Virus record (IMG/VR): IMGVR_UViG_3300008954_001678
Strand: one strand, 5' to 3'
Source of the DNA: an uncultured virus (IMG/VR IMGVR_UViG_3300008954_001678)
Taxonomy: Duplodnaviria > Heunggongvirae > Uroviricota > Caudoviricetes
Length of the DNA stretch: 64,000 nt
Positions 46,821-56,491 of this stretch are shown here, in pieces. Both the position numbers and the translations under genes were made by a program. Within the stretch, counting starts at the first letter, position 1; each line of letters opens with the position of its first letter. Below the pieces are notes generated by a model. That model did no database searches. It worked only from the letters and a program-made list of their open reading frames with translations, and was not told the origin of the DNA.

Positions 46821-47567
46821 ATGAGTTTAAAAAAACAAATAAAAAGAATACACGAATTACTCTCAGAAGGTGAAGGTTCGGGTACGGCGTCTAGTCGAAG
46901 TGCAACTTCTACCGCTTCTTCAGGTTCATACGAATCACCAGAAGCGTGGGAACAAGGTGGTATTCTAACAAAAGATACTGAAGCAGAAATTAAATCACCT
47001 TTACCACCAGAAGTAGATATTACGGATAGAACAACTGAAGTTATTACGGTAGATATTGATGATGTATTCGGGGAAGACCCATTAAGTGGTATATTAGATA
47101 CTTTAGATGATGTTTTAGATGACGATAAATTTGACGATGATGAACCGTCTGAACCACATGGGGATGATGACCCTAAACCACCATTAGGAGACCCTAGTGG
47201 TGAGGATGATGATGACGGACTAACTCCCACATACACTAAAGGATGTCCATGTTCCCCAGCCCAACTAGCTTATTTACAAAATATGCAGATTAGTACAGTA
47301 AATAATCATCATCATTATTGTTGTCCTCCCGGTCATCATGATGAAAGAGAAGAAGAAGTTGAGACGGATGTAAATTTATGGCGTTCACCACCATGTTGTG
47401 AACCATGTGAAGAAAAACAAGGTTGGTGGAGAAGATGTAGAGAATCTGAAGACGACAATCCACCGTGTCAATACGCGACTATTTCTGATTGTGAATTGGC
47501 TGATGAGAAAGGTGAATCCAATATCAATCCTTTATCCTTATCTAATCTGTGGGGTGAACAATATTAA
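46821..47567 (+). CDS. Leader-bearing acidic protein, partial paralog of 38421..39755
   Basis: Shares SSGS[FY]...W[KE]QGGILT and WRSPPCCExC...WRRC...CxY...DC. Confidence 0.75.
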   Translation: MSLKKQIKRIHELLSEGEGSGTASSRSATSTASSGSYESPEAWEQGGILTKDTEAEIKSPLPPEVDITDRTTEVITVDIDDVFGEDPLSGILDTLDDVLDDDKFDDDEPSEPHGDDDPKPPLGDPSGEDDDDGLTPTYTKGCPCSPAQLAYLQNMQISTVNNHHHYCCPPGHHDEREEEVETDVNLWRSPPCCEPCEEKQGWWRRCRESEDDNPPCQYATISDCELADEKGESNINPLSLSNLWGEQY

Positions 47568-47778
47568 TCGTTAATTTCCTCAAATTTTACTTTCCATGCT
47601 GCTTGTTCAATAGGACTTAATCCGTCATACCATTCTTGAAAATCACCAGCTTTAATTGTTTTGTAAGTTTGCCAGATACGGGCTTTTAGTTGTTCCATAA
47701 GATGTGTGTTATTTGTAAACATTAAAGGTTTATTCATTTTATATTTCGTTTAATAAAAATATAACAATAAAATCTCTA

Positions 47779-48324
47779 TTAATCAATCTCTACGTCAAAA
47801 CCTTTACCTGTTGTATCACCTGGACCGTCATTGAGAATCTCTTTTCCATCGTAGGAAAACCCTGTAATTATTTCATAGATACTTGAAGGAGTCATTAATT
47901 CTTTTACTTCTAATTTTAATTTCTTTTCATCAAATTTTTCACCGTCCTCCAATTCAAATTCTCCATCTAGGATAGTCCCTTTTTCCCACGATACACAACA
48001 GATAGTGGTACCACTAGGTGAAGTTTCGTTTACCTCAGCAACATCATGTTCTACATCACTAACATCTAATTCCCACTCACCTTCATTATCTTCTAAGTAT
48101 ATCCTACTAGATAGAGATGCACCATAATAATGACCCAAGTCATCACATTCATACCAAGGACCTCTACCATCCAAAATTTCTTCTAACTCAAATAGGAAAG
48201 CTCCTTCCATACTTTCCTCATTTTCTTGACACCAAGTTTCTAACTGAGTTAATTCATCATCTTTAAATGTACTTTGCACTATTTCGTACCCTGCTCCACC
48301 TATTGTTATTTTTATTTTATTCAT
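47779..48324 (-). CDS. Acidic hypothetical protein
   Basis: 181-aa ORF. Confidence 0.7.
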   Translation of the reverse strand: MNKIKITIGGAGYEIVQSTFKDDELTQLETWCQENEESMEGAFLFELEEILDGRGPWYECDDLGHYYGASLSSRIYLEDNEGEWELDVSDVEHDVAEVNETSPSGTTICCVSWEKGTILDGEFELEDGEKFDEKKLKLEVKELMTPSSIYEIITGFSYDGKEILNDGPGDTTGKGFDVEID

Positions 48325-48401
48325 TTTATTAGTCTTTTTGTTATCTTTTAATTATAAAGAAAAAAATATATAAAATCAAATACGTATAAATAAAAACTAT
48401 T

Positions 48402-48710
48402 ATGAAAACAGCACCAAAAAATTTAGAAGAATATTACCAATACTATTTAAGTCTACACCAAAATAAAACTTGTAGACTATTACATTTTCTAGGGCAACTT
48501 GCTACCATCACCTTTACCATATGGGTACTATATAACTGGTATTGGTATTTAATTCCCTTTATACCTTTTGTGGTTTACCCCTTTGCATGGTCAGGACATT
48601 ATTTATTTGAGAAAAATGAACCTGCTGCATTTAAAGACCCAGTAAAAGCAAAAATATCCGATTGGATGATGTTTAGAGATATTCTTAGAGGTAAAGTAAA
48701 AATCTGGTAA
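48402..48710 (+). CDS. DUF962/Mpo1-like membrane protein
   Basis: YLSLHQNKTCRLLHFLG...AWSGHYLFEKNEPAAF. Confidence 0.85.
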   Translation: MKTAPKNLEEYYQYYLSLHQNKTCRLLHFLGQLATITFTIWVLYNWYWYLIPFIPFVVYPFAWSGHYLFEKNEPAAFKDPVKAKISDWMMFRDILRGKVKIW

Positions 48711-48743
48711 CTAGGTTATCTTTCATATATTATATTTATAGGT

Positions 48744-49352
48744 ATGAAATTAATAAACCAGCTAAGATGTCTTATAGAACAAACCGAAGAGTATTTCGTT
48801 ACTCCAGAAACCGCTTCTGACGAATTGACCACTTTCATCTCAAAAGACGAAGGGGTGGGAGGAGAACCAGTTCTATATACTTATGACGATGCATATTACA
48901 ATGACCCTCCAATAGAGTATGTGAGTAGTAGATATAAAAAAGGTAAACCTGGTGGTACTTTAACTATAGGTTATGGTCATACGGGTAAAGAAGCTTATGA
49001 AGGTAATACAATTACAAAAGAAACTGCTTTAAAATTACTAAAGAATGATTTAGCAGAAGCTGTAGGATGTGTAAATAGAATTATTAATGCATGGTCTGGT
49101 GATAAATTGGAAGGTGGTAAAATTGACCAATGTATGTACGACGCGATGGTATCTTTAGTATTTAATTCTGGATGTCACAATGTGAGAATGAGTCCTTGGA
49201 TACAAGATGTAAAAAAAGGAAGTTGGAAAGAAGCTTATTCTGCAATTAAATTGTGGAATCCACCACAACGAAGAAAAAAAGATGGTACTTGGGTAGACAA
49301 TTATACTAGAAGAGAGAAAGAAGCGGAACTATTTTTTAATTGCACTTATTAA
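48744..49352 (+). CDS. GH24 phage-type lysozyme with leader
   Basis: EG...YDD...TLTIGYGHT...YDAMVSLVFNSG...RREKEAELF. Confidence 0.88.
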   Translation: MKLINQLRCLIEQTEEYFVTPETASDELTTFISKDEGVGGEPVLYTYDDAYYNDPPIEYVSSRYKKGKPGGTLTIGYGHTGKEAYEGNTITKETALKLLKNDLAEAVGCVNRIINAWSGDKLEGGKIDQCMYDAMVSLVFNSGCHNVRMSPWIQDVKKGSWKEAYSAIKLWNPPQRRKKDGTWVDNYTRREKEAELFFNCTY

Positions 49353-49390
49353 GGATATGAATATATTTATAAACAAACACCAATTAAGAT

Positions 49391-49777
49391 ATGAAAAGAA
49401 TTAGAATAACAGAAGCGGAACTACAAAGACTCGTAAAAAAAGTCATCAAAGAAAGTTATGGAACTAAATCATTAGGTGGTTTTGGTTTCGGTGATACCGA
49501 TGAAAGTGATGTGGGATTAGGTTACGGTTTTGACGAACCAATAATTTCTCAATATTCTGGAGGTGGAAGTGAGATGGATTTAGATGAACAAACAGAAGGT
49601 GATGAAGAAACTGAAGGTACCGAAGAAACTGAAGAAGAGGACACAAGTAAAGTCCAAAGTAGTTCAGACAAATATAGTGAAGCTGATGTACAAGCGGTTA
49701 AGTTAGTTATATCAGGTAAAAAACAACTTAATCAATTAACAGTGAATCAAAGAAAACTATACACTATTTTAAAGTAG
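49391..49777 (+). CDS. Leader-bearing acidic protein
   Basis: MKRIRITEAELQRLVKKVIKES. Confidence 0.7.
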   Translation: MKRIRITEAELQRLVKKVIKESYGTKSLGGFGFGDTDESDVGLGYGFDEPIISQYSGGGSEMDLDEQTEGDEETEGTEETEEEDTSKVQSSSDKYSEADVQAVKLVISGKKQLNQLTVNQRKLYTILK

Positions 49778-49939
49778 GGTTTTTCATTTCCCCATCCTTT
49801 ACATCACCTAAATGTTGACATTGAGTACATTCTGCTAAGGTAGGGTGGTCAGGAATTAAAATACCTTTATCGTTCCCACATTCTTTACATGGATATATTT
49901 CTACAATTTTACCACCATCCCATACTGTTTTTTCCATAG

Positions 49940-50776
49940 TTAGTTTTTTTTAATTAAACCCCATTGTTCTACATGCTTTTTTCCAAATAATATACCTATA
50001 GCGTCACACTGATTACAAGGATAATTGTCCCTTCCTTTTACTAGTAATTTTCTATACTTATCCATTTTTTCTCCATACCATATTTCTTTTAAAGAACTTT
50101 CTAAAATATTACCATTTTTAATAGATTTATTATATAAAGTATGACAACAAAATAAAATGTCACCGTTCCAGTCCAACTCCATAGAGTAATGCATGTAATA
50201 ACACGGGTTATTGGATTTATTTTTGCCGTTTTTAATAGACCCTGCTCTATTAGTCATATTTTTCGGAGCCTCCCAGTACTCTCTTAAACTGTATTGAGAT
50301 TTGGGTATCCCACATTTAGAAAATAATTCATTAAATTCAGTAACTTGGTGTTCTCCATCATATAAACTCACATTAATAAATTTTAATCCACTATCAAATA
50401 GTTCATAAATTTTTTCTTCCGTTAACTCGTCTCCATTGGTTACCATTTCTACTTTAAAATTCTTTAAACGAGAAATTAATAAATTTAAATTTTTACATAA
50501 AAGAGGTTCACCATTTCCACATATATTTATCATTCCTTTAAAATCTAATTCTTCTAAATCTGAACCAAGTTTTTCTATTACTTCGGGGGACATATGTAAG
50601 TTTTGGTTGGGGTAGTCAATTCCTCTAGGACAAAAAGAACAGGTTCTGTTACATAATTCGGTAGGGTTTATGTCAAGCCAACTAAATAAGGGAAGGCCGT
50701 CAACATCTTGGAGTACATTACTTCTGTGGTAATCTCTTACTTCCTCTACCGTATTAAATATAACCTCTTCTAACAT
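49940..50776 (-). CDS. Radical SAM / SPASM-twitch domain protein
   Basis: CNRTCSFC, GNGEPLL, C-terminal C...CC...GNI...PCNQC. Confidence 0.9.
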   Translation of the reverse strand: MLEEVIFNTVEEVRDYHRSNVLQDVDGLPLFSWLDINPTELCNRTCSFCPRGIDYPNQNLHMSPEVIEKLGSDLEELDFKGMINICGNGEPLLCKNLNLLISRLKNFKVEMVTNGDELTEEKIYELFDSGLKFINVSLYDGEHQVTEFNELFSKCGIPKSQYSLREYWEAPKNMTNRAGSIKNGKNKSNNPCYYMHYSMELDWNGDILFCCHTLYNKSIKNGNILESSLKEIWYGEKMDKYRKLLVKGRDNYPCNQCDAIGILFGKKHVEQWGLIKKN

Positions 50777-50778
50777 CT

Positions 50779-51435
50779 TTATTTCTTTTTACTTACAATA
50801 ATTTCATCGATAATACCATATTTAAGAGAGTCGTCCGCATTTAACCACAAATCTCTAGAAGCGTCCTTCTCTACCTTTTTAGCTGTTTTTTTACAATACC
50901 TACCTAGGAGTTTAAAAAGAGTTTGGTTGGTTTTTTCCCACTCTTCCATAGTAATTCTCGCATCTTGAATATTACCTACGGCACCACCACTAGATTGGTG
51001 TAACATGGTTTTACTGAATCTTAGTGAGGAACGTTTACCTCGGGTTCCAGCTGCTAATAATACTGAACCCATTGAAGCGGCCATTCCAGTATTAACGGTA
51101 GAAATGTCACAATTAATATATTCCATCACATCTATAATTCCTAACCCAGCTTTTACCGAACCACCAGGAGAATCTATATGCATGGTAATATCTTTTTTGT
51201 CAGTGTTATCTAAAAACATTAATTGAGCTTGTAAAATTATTCCTGTCATTTCCGTTATAGGTCCAGCTACCCATAAAATCCTATCCATCATCAACCTGGA
51301 AAAGATATCCATTTGAGTGGCTCGTAATTCTCTTTCCTCCAAAATATAAGGAGTCATACTATTTTGATAATCGTTTAAAGCCATTGATGAAACACCTAGA
51401 TGTTTAGTGGCGTATTTATTAAATTCGTTATTCAT
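50779..51435 (-). CDS. clpP: Clp protease proteolytic subunit
   Basis: DIFSRLMMDRI, IDSPGGSV, MAASMG (Ser), MLHQ (His), RD (Asp). Confidence 0.95.
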   Translation of the reverse strand: MNNEFNKYATKHLGVSSMALNDYQNSMTPYILEERELRATQMDIFSRLMMDRILWVAGPITEMTGIILQAQLMFLDNTDKKDITMHIDSPGGSVKAGLGIIDVMEYINCDISTVNTGMAASMGSVLLAAGTRGKRSSLRFSKTMLHQSSGGAVGNIQDARITMEEWEKTNQTLFKLLGRYCKKTAKKVEKDASRDLWLNADDSLKYGIIDEIIVSKKK

Positions 51436-51438
51436 TTT

Positions 51439-52317
51439 TTATTTTTTATTTGTGTTAATAATTGCTCTACCTTCCATTTTTTCCCAGTTACGATTTTTTC
51501 TAACATGGTTATTTTTAGAGTCTGTTGCTTTTAATAATGTAAAATTTATTCCTAATTGTGAAGCCTCGTGCATTAATGCCTTAACATCCTTTGGGAAACA
51601 ATGTCCCCCATAACCAAAATCACCATCAGGACCAGGTACATTCCAGTGTGAATATCCTAATCTTTCGTCATGTTGAGCGTATTCGATAACCTTATCATAA
51701 TCTATTCCTAATCCTTGACAGATTTCATACATTTCATTTGCAAAAGAAACTTTAGTAGCTAGAAAACAATTAGTTACGTACTTTACCATTTCTGCGTAAG
51801 TCGAATCCGTCTTTATTATCTTAACTTTAGGAAATGCTTTTGCAAATATAACCTTAACCATACTGGTAATTTCATTTTTACCCCCTAGAATAATTCTACT
51901 TTGATTCTTATAGTCATCCACCGCGTTTGCCTCGGTTAAAAATTCGGGATTGAACACAAAGTCTATATTTGGGTAGGTGTCGTCAAAATCTTTTGTAGTC
52001 CCAGGAGGAACGGTAGACTTAATAACTACAATCCTTTTTTCATTACCATAATAATCTTTTTCCCCACATATGGGGTCTATCTCATCTAATACGGATTTAA
52101 TAATACCTAAATAACATTCCCCAGTATTCCCCACCATAGGTGTGGGTAAACATAGAAATATTACTCTACACCTTTCAACCACCTCATCAAGGGCATTAGT
52201 ACATTTGGTTGTATCCTTATCGTAAGTTAAAATTGTGAAATATTTTTGTAATCCTTCTCGTACCGCGGTACCTACAAAACCTTGACCGACGATACCTATT
52301 TTATTGTATTGTTTCAT
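51439..52317 (-). CDS. UDP-glucose/GDP-mannose dehydrogenase family protein (lacks C-terminal UDP-binding domain)
   Basis: GQGFVG, CLPTP, KSTVPPG, FNPEFL, GYGGHCFPKD. Confidence 0.88.
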   Translation of the reverse strand: MKQYNKIGIVGQGFVGTAVREGLQKYFTILTYDKDTTKCTNALDEVVERCRVIFLCLPTPMVGNTGECYLGIIKSVLDEIDPICGEKDYYGNEKRIVVIKSTVPPGTTKDFDDTYPNIDFVFNPEFLTEANAVDDYKNQSRIILGGKNEITSMVKVIFAKAFPKVKIIKTDSTYAEMVKYVTNCFLATKVSFANEMYEICQGLGIDYDKVIEYAQHDERLGYSHWNVPGPDGDFGYGGHCFPKDVKALMHEASQLGINFTLLKATDSKNNHVRKNRNWEKMEGRAIINTNKK

Positions 52318-53025
52318 TTAATCTAGATTTATTACTTCACTAATTTTCTGGCCAGTTGTCACAATTGTGTAGGGTTTAAGTGAACTATTTCCACTACCCC
52401 CTCTCACTCCTCGTATATCTAAAACAATACCATTATTATACATTTTATTATGAGTGTCAAACTCTTCACCTAAGTAGTAGTACATACCGTTAGATTTAAC
52501 TGTAACCTCAACATCATTTCCTTTATATTTTCTAGTTAAAACTAATTCTTCACAACCTAATTCGGAACACAATTCTACAATTCTAGGGTCACCTTCTGTG
52601 TCACTTAGTTTACTTACAAGATTTCTTCTATTTTCTATATTAAGGTCACACCATTTATCACTATTCAGAGTAACTTTGGTTATTTTAACGCCAGGAAGAC
52701 GATTTAAGGAACTCAGACCTCTACTTACTGAAGTATAGAAAGAAGATTTACCTAATTTTTCGGTATTAAACCATTCATTCCTATCATAACGAAAAACATG
52801 GAAAAACGAATGACAAATCCCTTCAATAATCTGAGCGGGATTTTCAATGCCGTCAATAGAAATTTCCCACACACCAGTCATTTCATACTTAATAGGACCA
52901 TTAGTGTTAGTTAATTCTTTTTCCCGTTGATTAAAATCTTTAGTTAGACCAATCTTTACGTCATTAGATATAAAATCTTCGTCGGTCTGATGAAAATATT
53001 CTCCAGTGTAAATATATTTTTTCAT
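52318..53025 (-). CDS. T5orf172/GIY-YIG-like domain protein
   Basis: YIY...VKIGLTKD...REKEL...E...H...EWF. Confidence 0.65.
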   Translation of the reverse strand: MKKYIYTGEYFHQTDEDFISNDVKIGLTKDFNQREKELTNTNGPIKYEMTGVWEISIDGIENPAQIIEGICHSFFHVFRYDRNEWFNTEKLGKSSFYTSVSRGLSSLNRLPGVKITKVTLNSDKWCDLNIENRRNLVSKLSDTEGDPRIVELCSELGCEELVLTRKYKGNDVEVTVKSNGMYYYLGEEFDTHNKMYNNGIVLDIRGVRGGSGNSSLKPYTIVTTGQKISEVINLD

Positions 53026-53126
53026 TTTTATTAATTTTTAATGTATATAAATTTAATAAAATTTAAATGGGATGACAAATTATATTTTAATTAAATTAGT
53101 AGGTATTTATATTAAACGACTTTTTT

Positions 53127-53936
53127 ATGGCAGACATACTATTAACTGAAGAACAGATAGATACTTTATTAGGTAAAAAGAAAAGTAAAATTATTAAAGA
53201 ATCTACTAAACAACAATTATTAAAAGAATATAAATGGTATAATACTTTTTTAGATGTGGTAGGTATTGTGGACCCGACGGGTGCGGCAGACGCCATTAAC
53301 GCAATTTCTTATTTTAGACAAGGTCATGTATTTTTTGGTTTTTTAAGTTTAGTTTCTCTTATTCCTTATGCGGGAGACGCTGTGGCAAAACCAATAATAG
53401 CTTTAACCAAAATGGGTAAAGGAGGATTTAAAGGAATGGATGCAGCAATTAAATCTAAAAATGCATCTAAAGTTGCGTCGGAAGCTACAAAGATGGGAGA
53501 CAAAGGAACCACATTTGTTAAATGGTTAGGAAGTACATCTGTAGGTAAATGGTTAATGAGTTTTGGTAAAAAATTAGGGAATTTCGGTGTCTTAGGAATT
53601 AAACCTTTTAGTAAGGTAGGGAGTGACATATCAAGTTATAGTAAAGTATTCAAAGATGCAGGTGCAATGTTATCAGCTGGAAAATCGGTTAGAGTTTTTA
53701 GAAATCTAAAAAAATCTGGTGAACTTAAAGGTCTTCTAGGAAGGACAAAATTATATAGTAAAATGGTGGCCTGGATGGTGGGTGGTGGAGCGGTTGCTGC
53801 TACTATAGAAAATATGAGTGATGGTGAACTCGACGCTCAATTCTCCGAATTTATTATGACCGACGAAGGAAAAGAAGCCTTTACAAATTTAAGTGAAGAA
53901 TCACAAGAAGAAATATTCAACGCTGCATCCTCATAA
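53127..53936 (+). CDS. Leader-bearing protein with pre-toxin TG-like helical hairpin
   Basis: LDVVGIVDPTGAADAINA...LSLVSLIPYAGD. Confidence 0.6.
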   Translation: MADILLTEEQIDTLLGKKKSKIIKESTKQQLLKEYKWYNTFLDVVGIVDPTGAADAINAISYFRQGHVFFGFLSLVSLIPYAGDAVAKPIIALTKMGKGGFKGMDAAIKSKNASKVASEATKMGDKGTTFVKWLGSTSVGKWLMSFGKKLGNFGVLGIKPFSKVGSDISSYSKVFKDAGAMLSAGKSVRVFRNLKKSGELKGLLGRTKLYSKMVAWMVGGGAVAATIENMSDGELDAQFSEFIMTDEGKEAFTNLSEESQEEIFNAASS

Positions 53937-54040
53937 AATTAAATTTTTTTCTCCAAATATATAGTTTTTTTTAATTTACGTAATATGTATAGCTAGCTGC
54001 AGCATTTAAATAATAAAATAAATTGAAGCAGCATTTGATT

Positions 54041-54063
54041 AAAAGCTTTTAAAGCTTTTTTTT
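54041..54063. terminator. Weak bidirectional terminator
   Basis: AAAAGCTTT-T-AAAGCTTTTTTTT between convergent genes. Confidence 0.45.
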
Positions 54064-54070
54064 ATGCTTG

Positions 54071-54325
54071 CTAATCCCAGCAACGAGATAATTGGATTTT
54101 TTGTTCTTGAGTTAGAGATTCGATAAAATCAATCCACTCTTTTCCGCTCATATTTAATGCGGGACGAATATATTCTCCCTCACAGACACCATCGTCTATT
54201 CCTGGTACTGAATTAACTGCAGGGTTAACCATCTTTTCATTTCCATAGTCTCCAGACTTTCTTTTTCTTATTTCTCCCGTATCTGGATTACGTTCGAATA
54301 TCCATGTATTTTTTTCTTCACTCAT
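54071..54325 (-). CDS. Hypothetical protein
   Basis: 84-aa ORF coupled to the upstream gene. Confidence 0.6.
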   Translation of the reverse strand: MSEEKNTWIFERNPDTGEIRKRKSGDYGNEKMVNPAVNSVPGIDDGVCEGEYIRPALNMSGKEWIDFIESLTQEQKIQLSRCWD

Positions 54326-54708
54326 TAGTTTTCTCCTTTTCTAATATAATTATACCACAATCCTGCTACTAACATTAGACCTATAATAGTGCCCATTGTC
54401 CACACTAACATCCATGGTGTATTTTGTGTACCAAAGAATATAGCTGGTCCTCCCATTATTACTAACCATGATAAGAATATCAGTCCAGTATTGTTTTCTA
54501 ACTTTCGTTCAACCTTTACAGTCCTTTCTGTATTCATTAGTCTTGATAATGCTCCTTGCATATCTTTACCGTAGGCTGGTTGTTTATGTACTGTACCATC
54601 TAGTTCTGCTATCGTAATCATATACTTACAATAACCTGGATTTGATTTACTCCGTTCTACTAATTTACATTCGATAGCTCTACGTCTGGTGTATTTACTT
54701 TTCTTCAT
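54325..54708 (-). CDS. Membrane protein
   Basis: Two C-terminal TM helices. Confidence 0.65.
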   Translation of the reverse strand: MKKSKYTRRRAIECKLVERSKSNPGYCKYMITIAELDGTVHKQPAYGKDMQGALSRLMNTERTVKVERKLENNTGLIFLSWLVIMGGPAIFFGTQNTPWMLVWTMGTIIGLMLVAGLWYNYIRKGEN

Positions 54709-54768
54709 AATAATTCTATTTAAAATATATCACAATAATAACATATTTATTATAAATGACAAACCATT

Positions 54769-55860
54769 ATGAATAAAATATTAATCACTGAAAGACAATT
54801 AGAAATTCTGACAAATATTGTTCTTAATGAGCAGGAAATGTCTAGTGAAGTTACATCACATCCCCTATATAAGTCCTTCGTAAAAAAATTATCGGACTAC
54901 TCTAAAAAAATATGGACAAACACTAATAAAAGTTATACGAAAAAAGGTCTTACGTTAGATGATGAAGAAAGAATAGCTCTATTAAATCAGTTTCAAGAAC
55001 TTTTAAATAGAGGAAAGAAATATAAAAACGCAAAACAAAAATATAAAAAACTTAAAACTATTAATATAAAAGGAAAAAATATGAAAATAGAAGCACTTCC
55101 TACAGTAGAAGAGGATTTAGATGTTAATAGTTGTCCTACCCTACAATTTGATATTGCGGCTATTGGAGATAGTAATTATGAACCTTTTAAAGATAATAGT
55201 TATGAATTGGGTGATGGACTTAAGGATGATATTCAGGTATTAGTTGATGATATTAAGGGATTACAGAGTGACTATGAAGGAAAATTACAAGTAAAAGTGT
55301 TAAACTTTGATGTTAAAACATCTGCAAGTAGAATTAGAAACGGAGGTAAATACACTGGAAAGAGTTTCTTAAAACTTTCTAAGGATAGAACCACTAATGT
55401 AGTAAATACTATAACTAAAGCATTACAAAATATAGGTGTTGAAGTTCCACAACCTACTATTGATTTTAAAGGAAAAAATGGGGACGGTTCCAGTGGACCA
55501 CATCCAAGAGACCCGTATAAAATGGTAAAAGATGAGGGAGATAATCAAACAGTAGATAATAATCAAGATAGGACAGCTTATGGTACTCCTTTAAATACTG
55601 ATGCTGATTATGACAAATTTAAATATTGTATTGTAACATTAGTGATTAGTGGGAAAGTAGAAGGTGATGAAGATGAGGGTAAAGTAGAAGCTGAAACAGA
55701 ACTTAAACAAGTAACTCAGGAATGGGGTCTACGACTCGCTATGAAAAGAAGAAGAAAGATTAAACTACCGAATTGGAGGATTAGTTTCAAAAAACGTTAT
55801 AAGAATCCTAGACGTAGAAAGATAACCAGTAAGATGTTAACTAAATGTCCTAAGTGGTAG
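54769..55860 (+). CDS. Leader-bearing protein, possible divergent OmpA-like domain
   Basis: MNKILITERQLEILTNIVLNEQ; F.DNSYEL...SASR...LSKDR..V...L. Confidence 0.55.
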   Translation: MNKILITERQLEILTNIVLNEQEMSSEVTSHPLYKSFVKKLSDYSKKIWTNTNKSYTKKGLTLDDEERIALLNQFQELLNRGKKYKNAKQKYKKLKTINIKGKNMKIEALPTVEEDLDVNSCPTLQFDIAAIGDSNYEPFKDNSYELGDGLKDDIQVLVDDIKGLQSDYEGKLQVKVLNFDVKTSASRIRNGGKYTGKSFLKLSKDRTTNVVNTITKALQNIGVEVPQPTIDFKGKNGDGSSGPHPRDPYKMVKDEGDNQTVDNNQDRTAYGTPLNTDADYDKFKYCIVTLVISGKVEGDEDEGKVEAETELKQVTQEWGLRLAMKRRRKIKLPNWRISFKKRYKNPRRRKITSKMLTKCPKW

Positions 55861-56373
55861 CTAATCTCCGTAGACATTTAAGGTAACATACGTCCACACA
55901 CTCTCCTCATATTTTGCACCTACCCAATCATCTTGAGTCGTACTACTCAGTGCACCATATTGATAGTAGAAGTCCTCTAAAAGAAGTTCATGGTGGGGTT
56001 TAGAAGCAATCCAGGACTTAAGAATTTTAACCGCTGCTTCTTGAACCGACAAACCAGTAGTGTTTATTACAGCTAAATTTTCACCACACGCACTCCAGTC
56101 TATACCTTGTGACTCTAATCTTTTACCAACAGTACGAATTTCAGTATGACTTTTAACATTTTGTGTTTCATGGTGTTTAATATTCTTAATCTTAGTTTGG
56201 TAGGAATTGTGAAACTCACACGCAACAAATGTTTCTTGACTCCAAATCCATGGAGTTAAACCGTTACTTATTCTATATTCGTTTACTACCTTAAAAATTT
56301 CCTGGTCTAATTCTGTTTGACTGTAAGATATTAAAGTAAATAAAGTTAATAGTATTGTGATTAATTGTTTCAT
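55861..56373 (-). CDS. CAP/SCP domain secreted protein
   Basis: VNEYRISNGL...H...H...GENLA...WIASKPH; signal peptide. Confidence 0.85.
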   Translation of the reverse strand: MKQLITILLTLFTLISYSQTELDQEIFKVVNEYRISNGLTPWIWSQETFVACEFHNSYQTKIKNIKHHETQNVKSHTEIRTVGKRLESQGIDWSACGENLAVINTTGLSVQEAAVKILKSWIASKPHHELLLEDFYYQYGALSSTTQDDWVGAKYEESVWTYVTLNVYGD

Positions 56374-56377
56374 AGTA

Positions 56378-56408
56378 CAAATATAAGGATTTTTAGTTAA
56401 ACTACAAA
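56378..56408 (-). promoter_or_regulatory. Bacteroidota primary-sigma promoter
   Basis: Minus-strand TTTG-19 nt-TATATTTG, 4 nt before ATG 56373. Confidence 0.8.
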
Positions 56409-56491
56409 GTTAAATGGTAATAATTTTTTAATTGGTTGTTGTATTATCTTATACGTTAATTTTTATTAAAGGTTTCTAGTATTTATAATAT

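Noticed and set aside
50779..51435. ClpP as the protease that cleaves the [ILV]xE leaders
   Set aside because: It resembles an ordinary host-type ClpP in a metabolic operon; nothing in the sequence links it to Glu-specific processing
52318..53025. Mobile intron or homing element around the GIY-YIG-like gene
   Set aside because: Flanking genes are not interrupted and no intron structure was recognised
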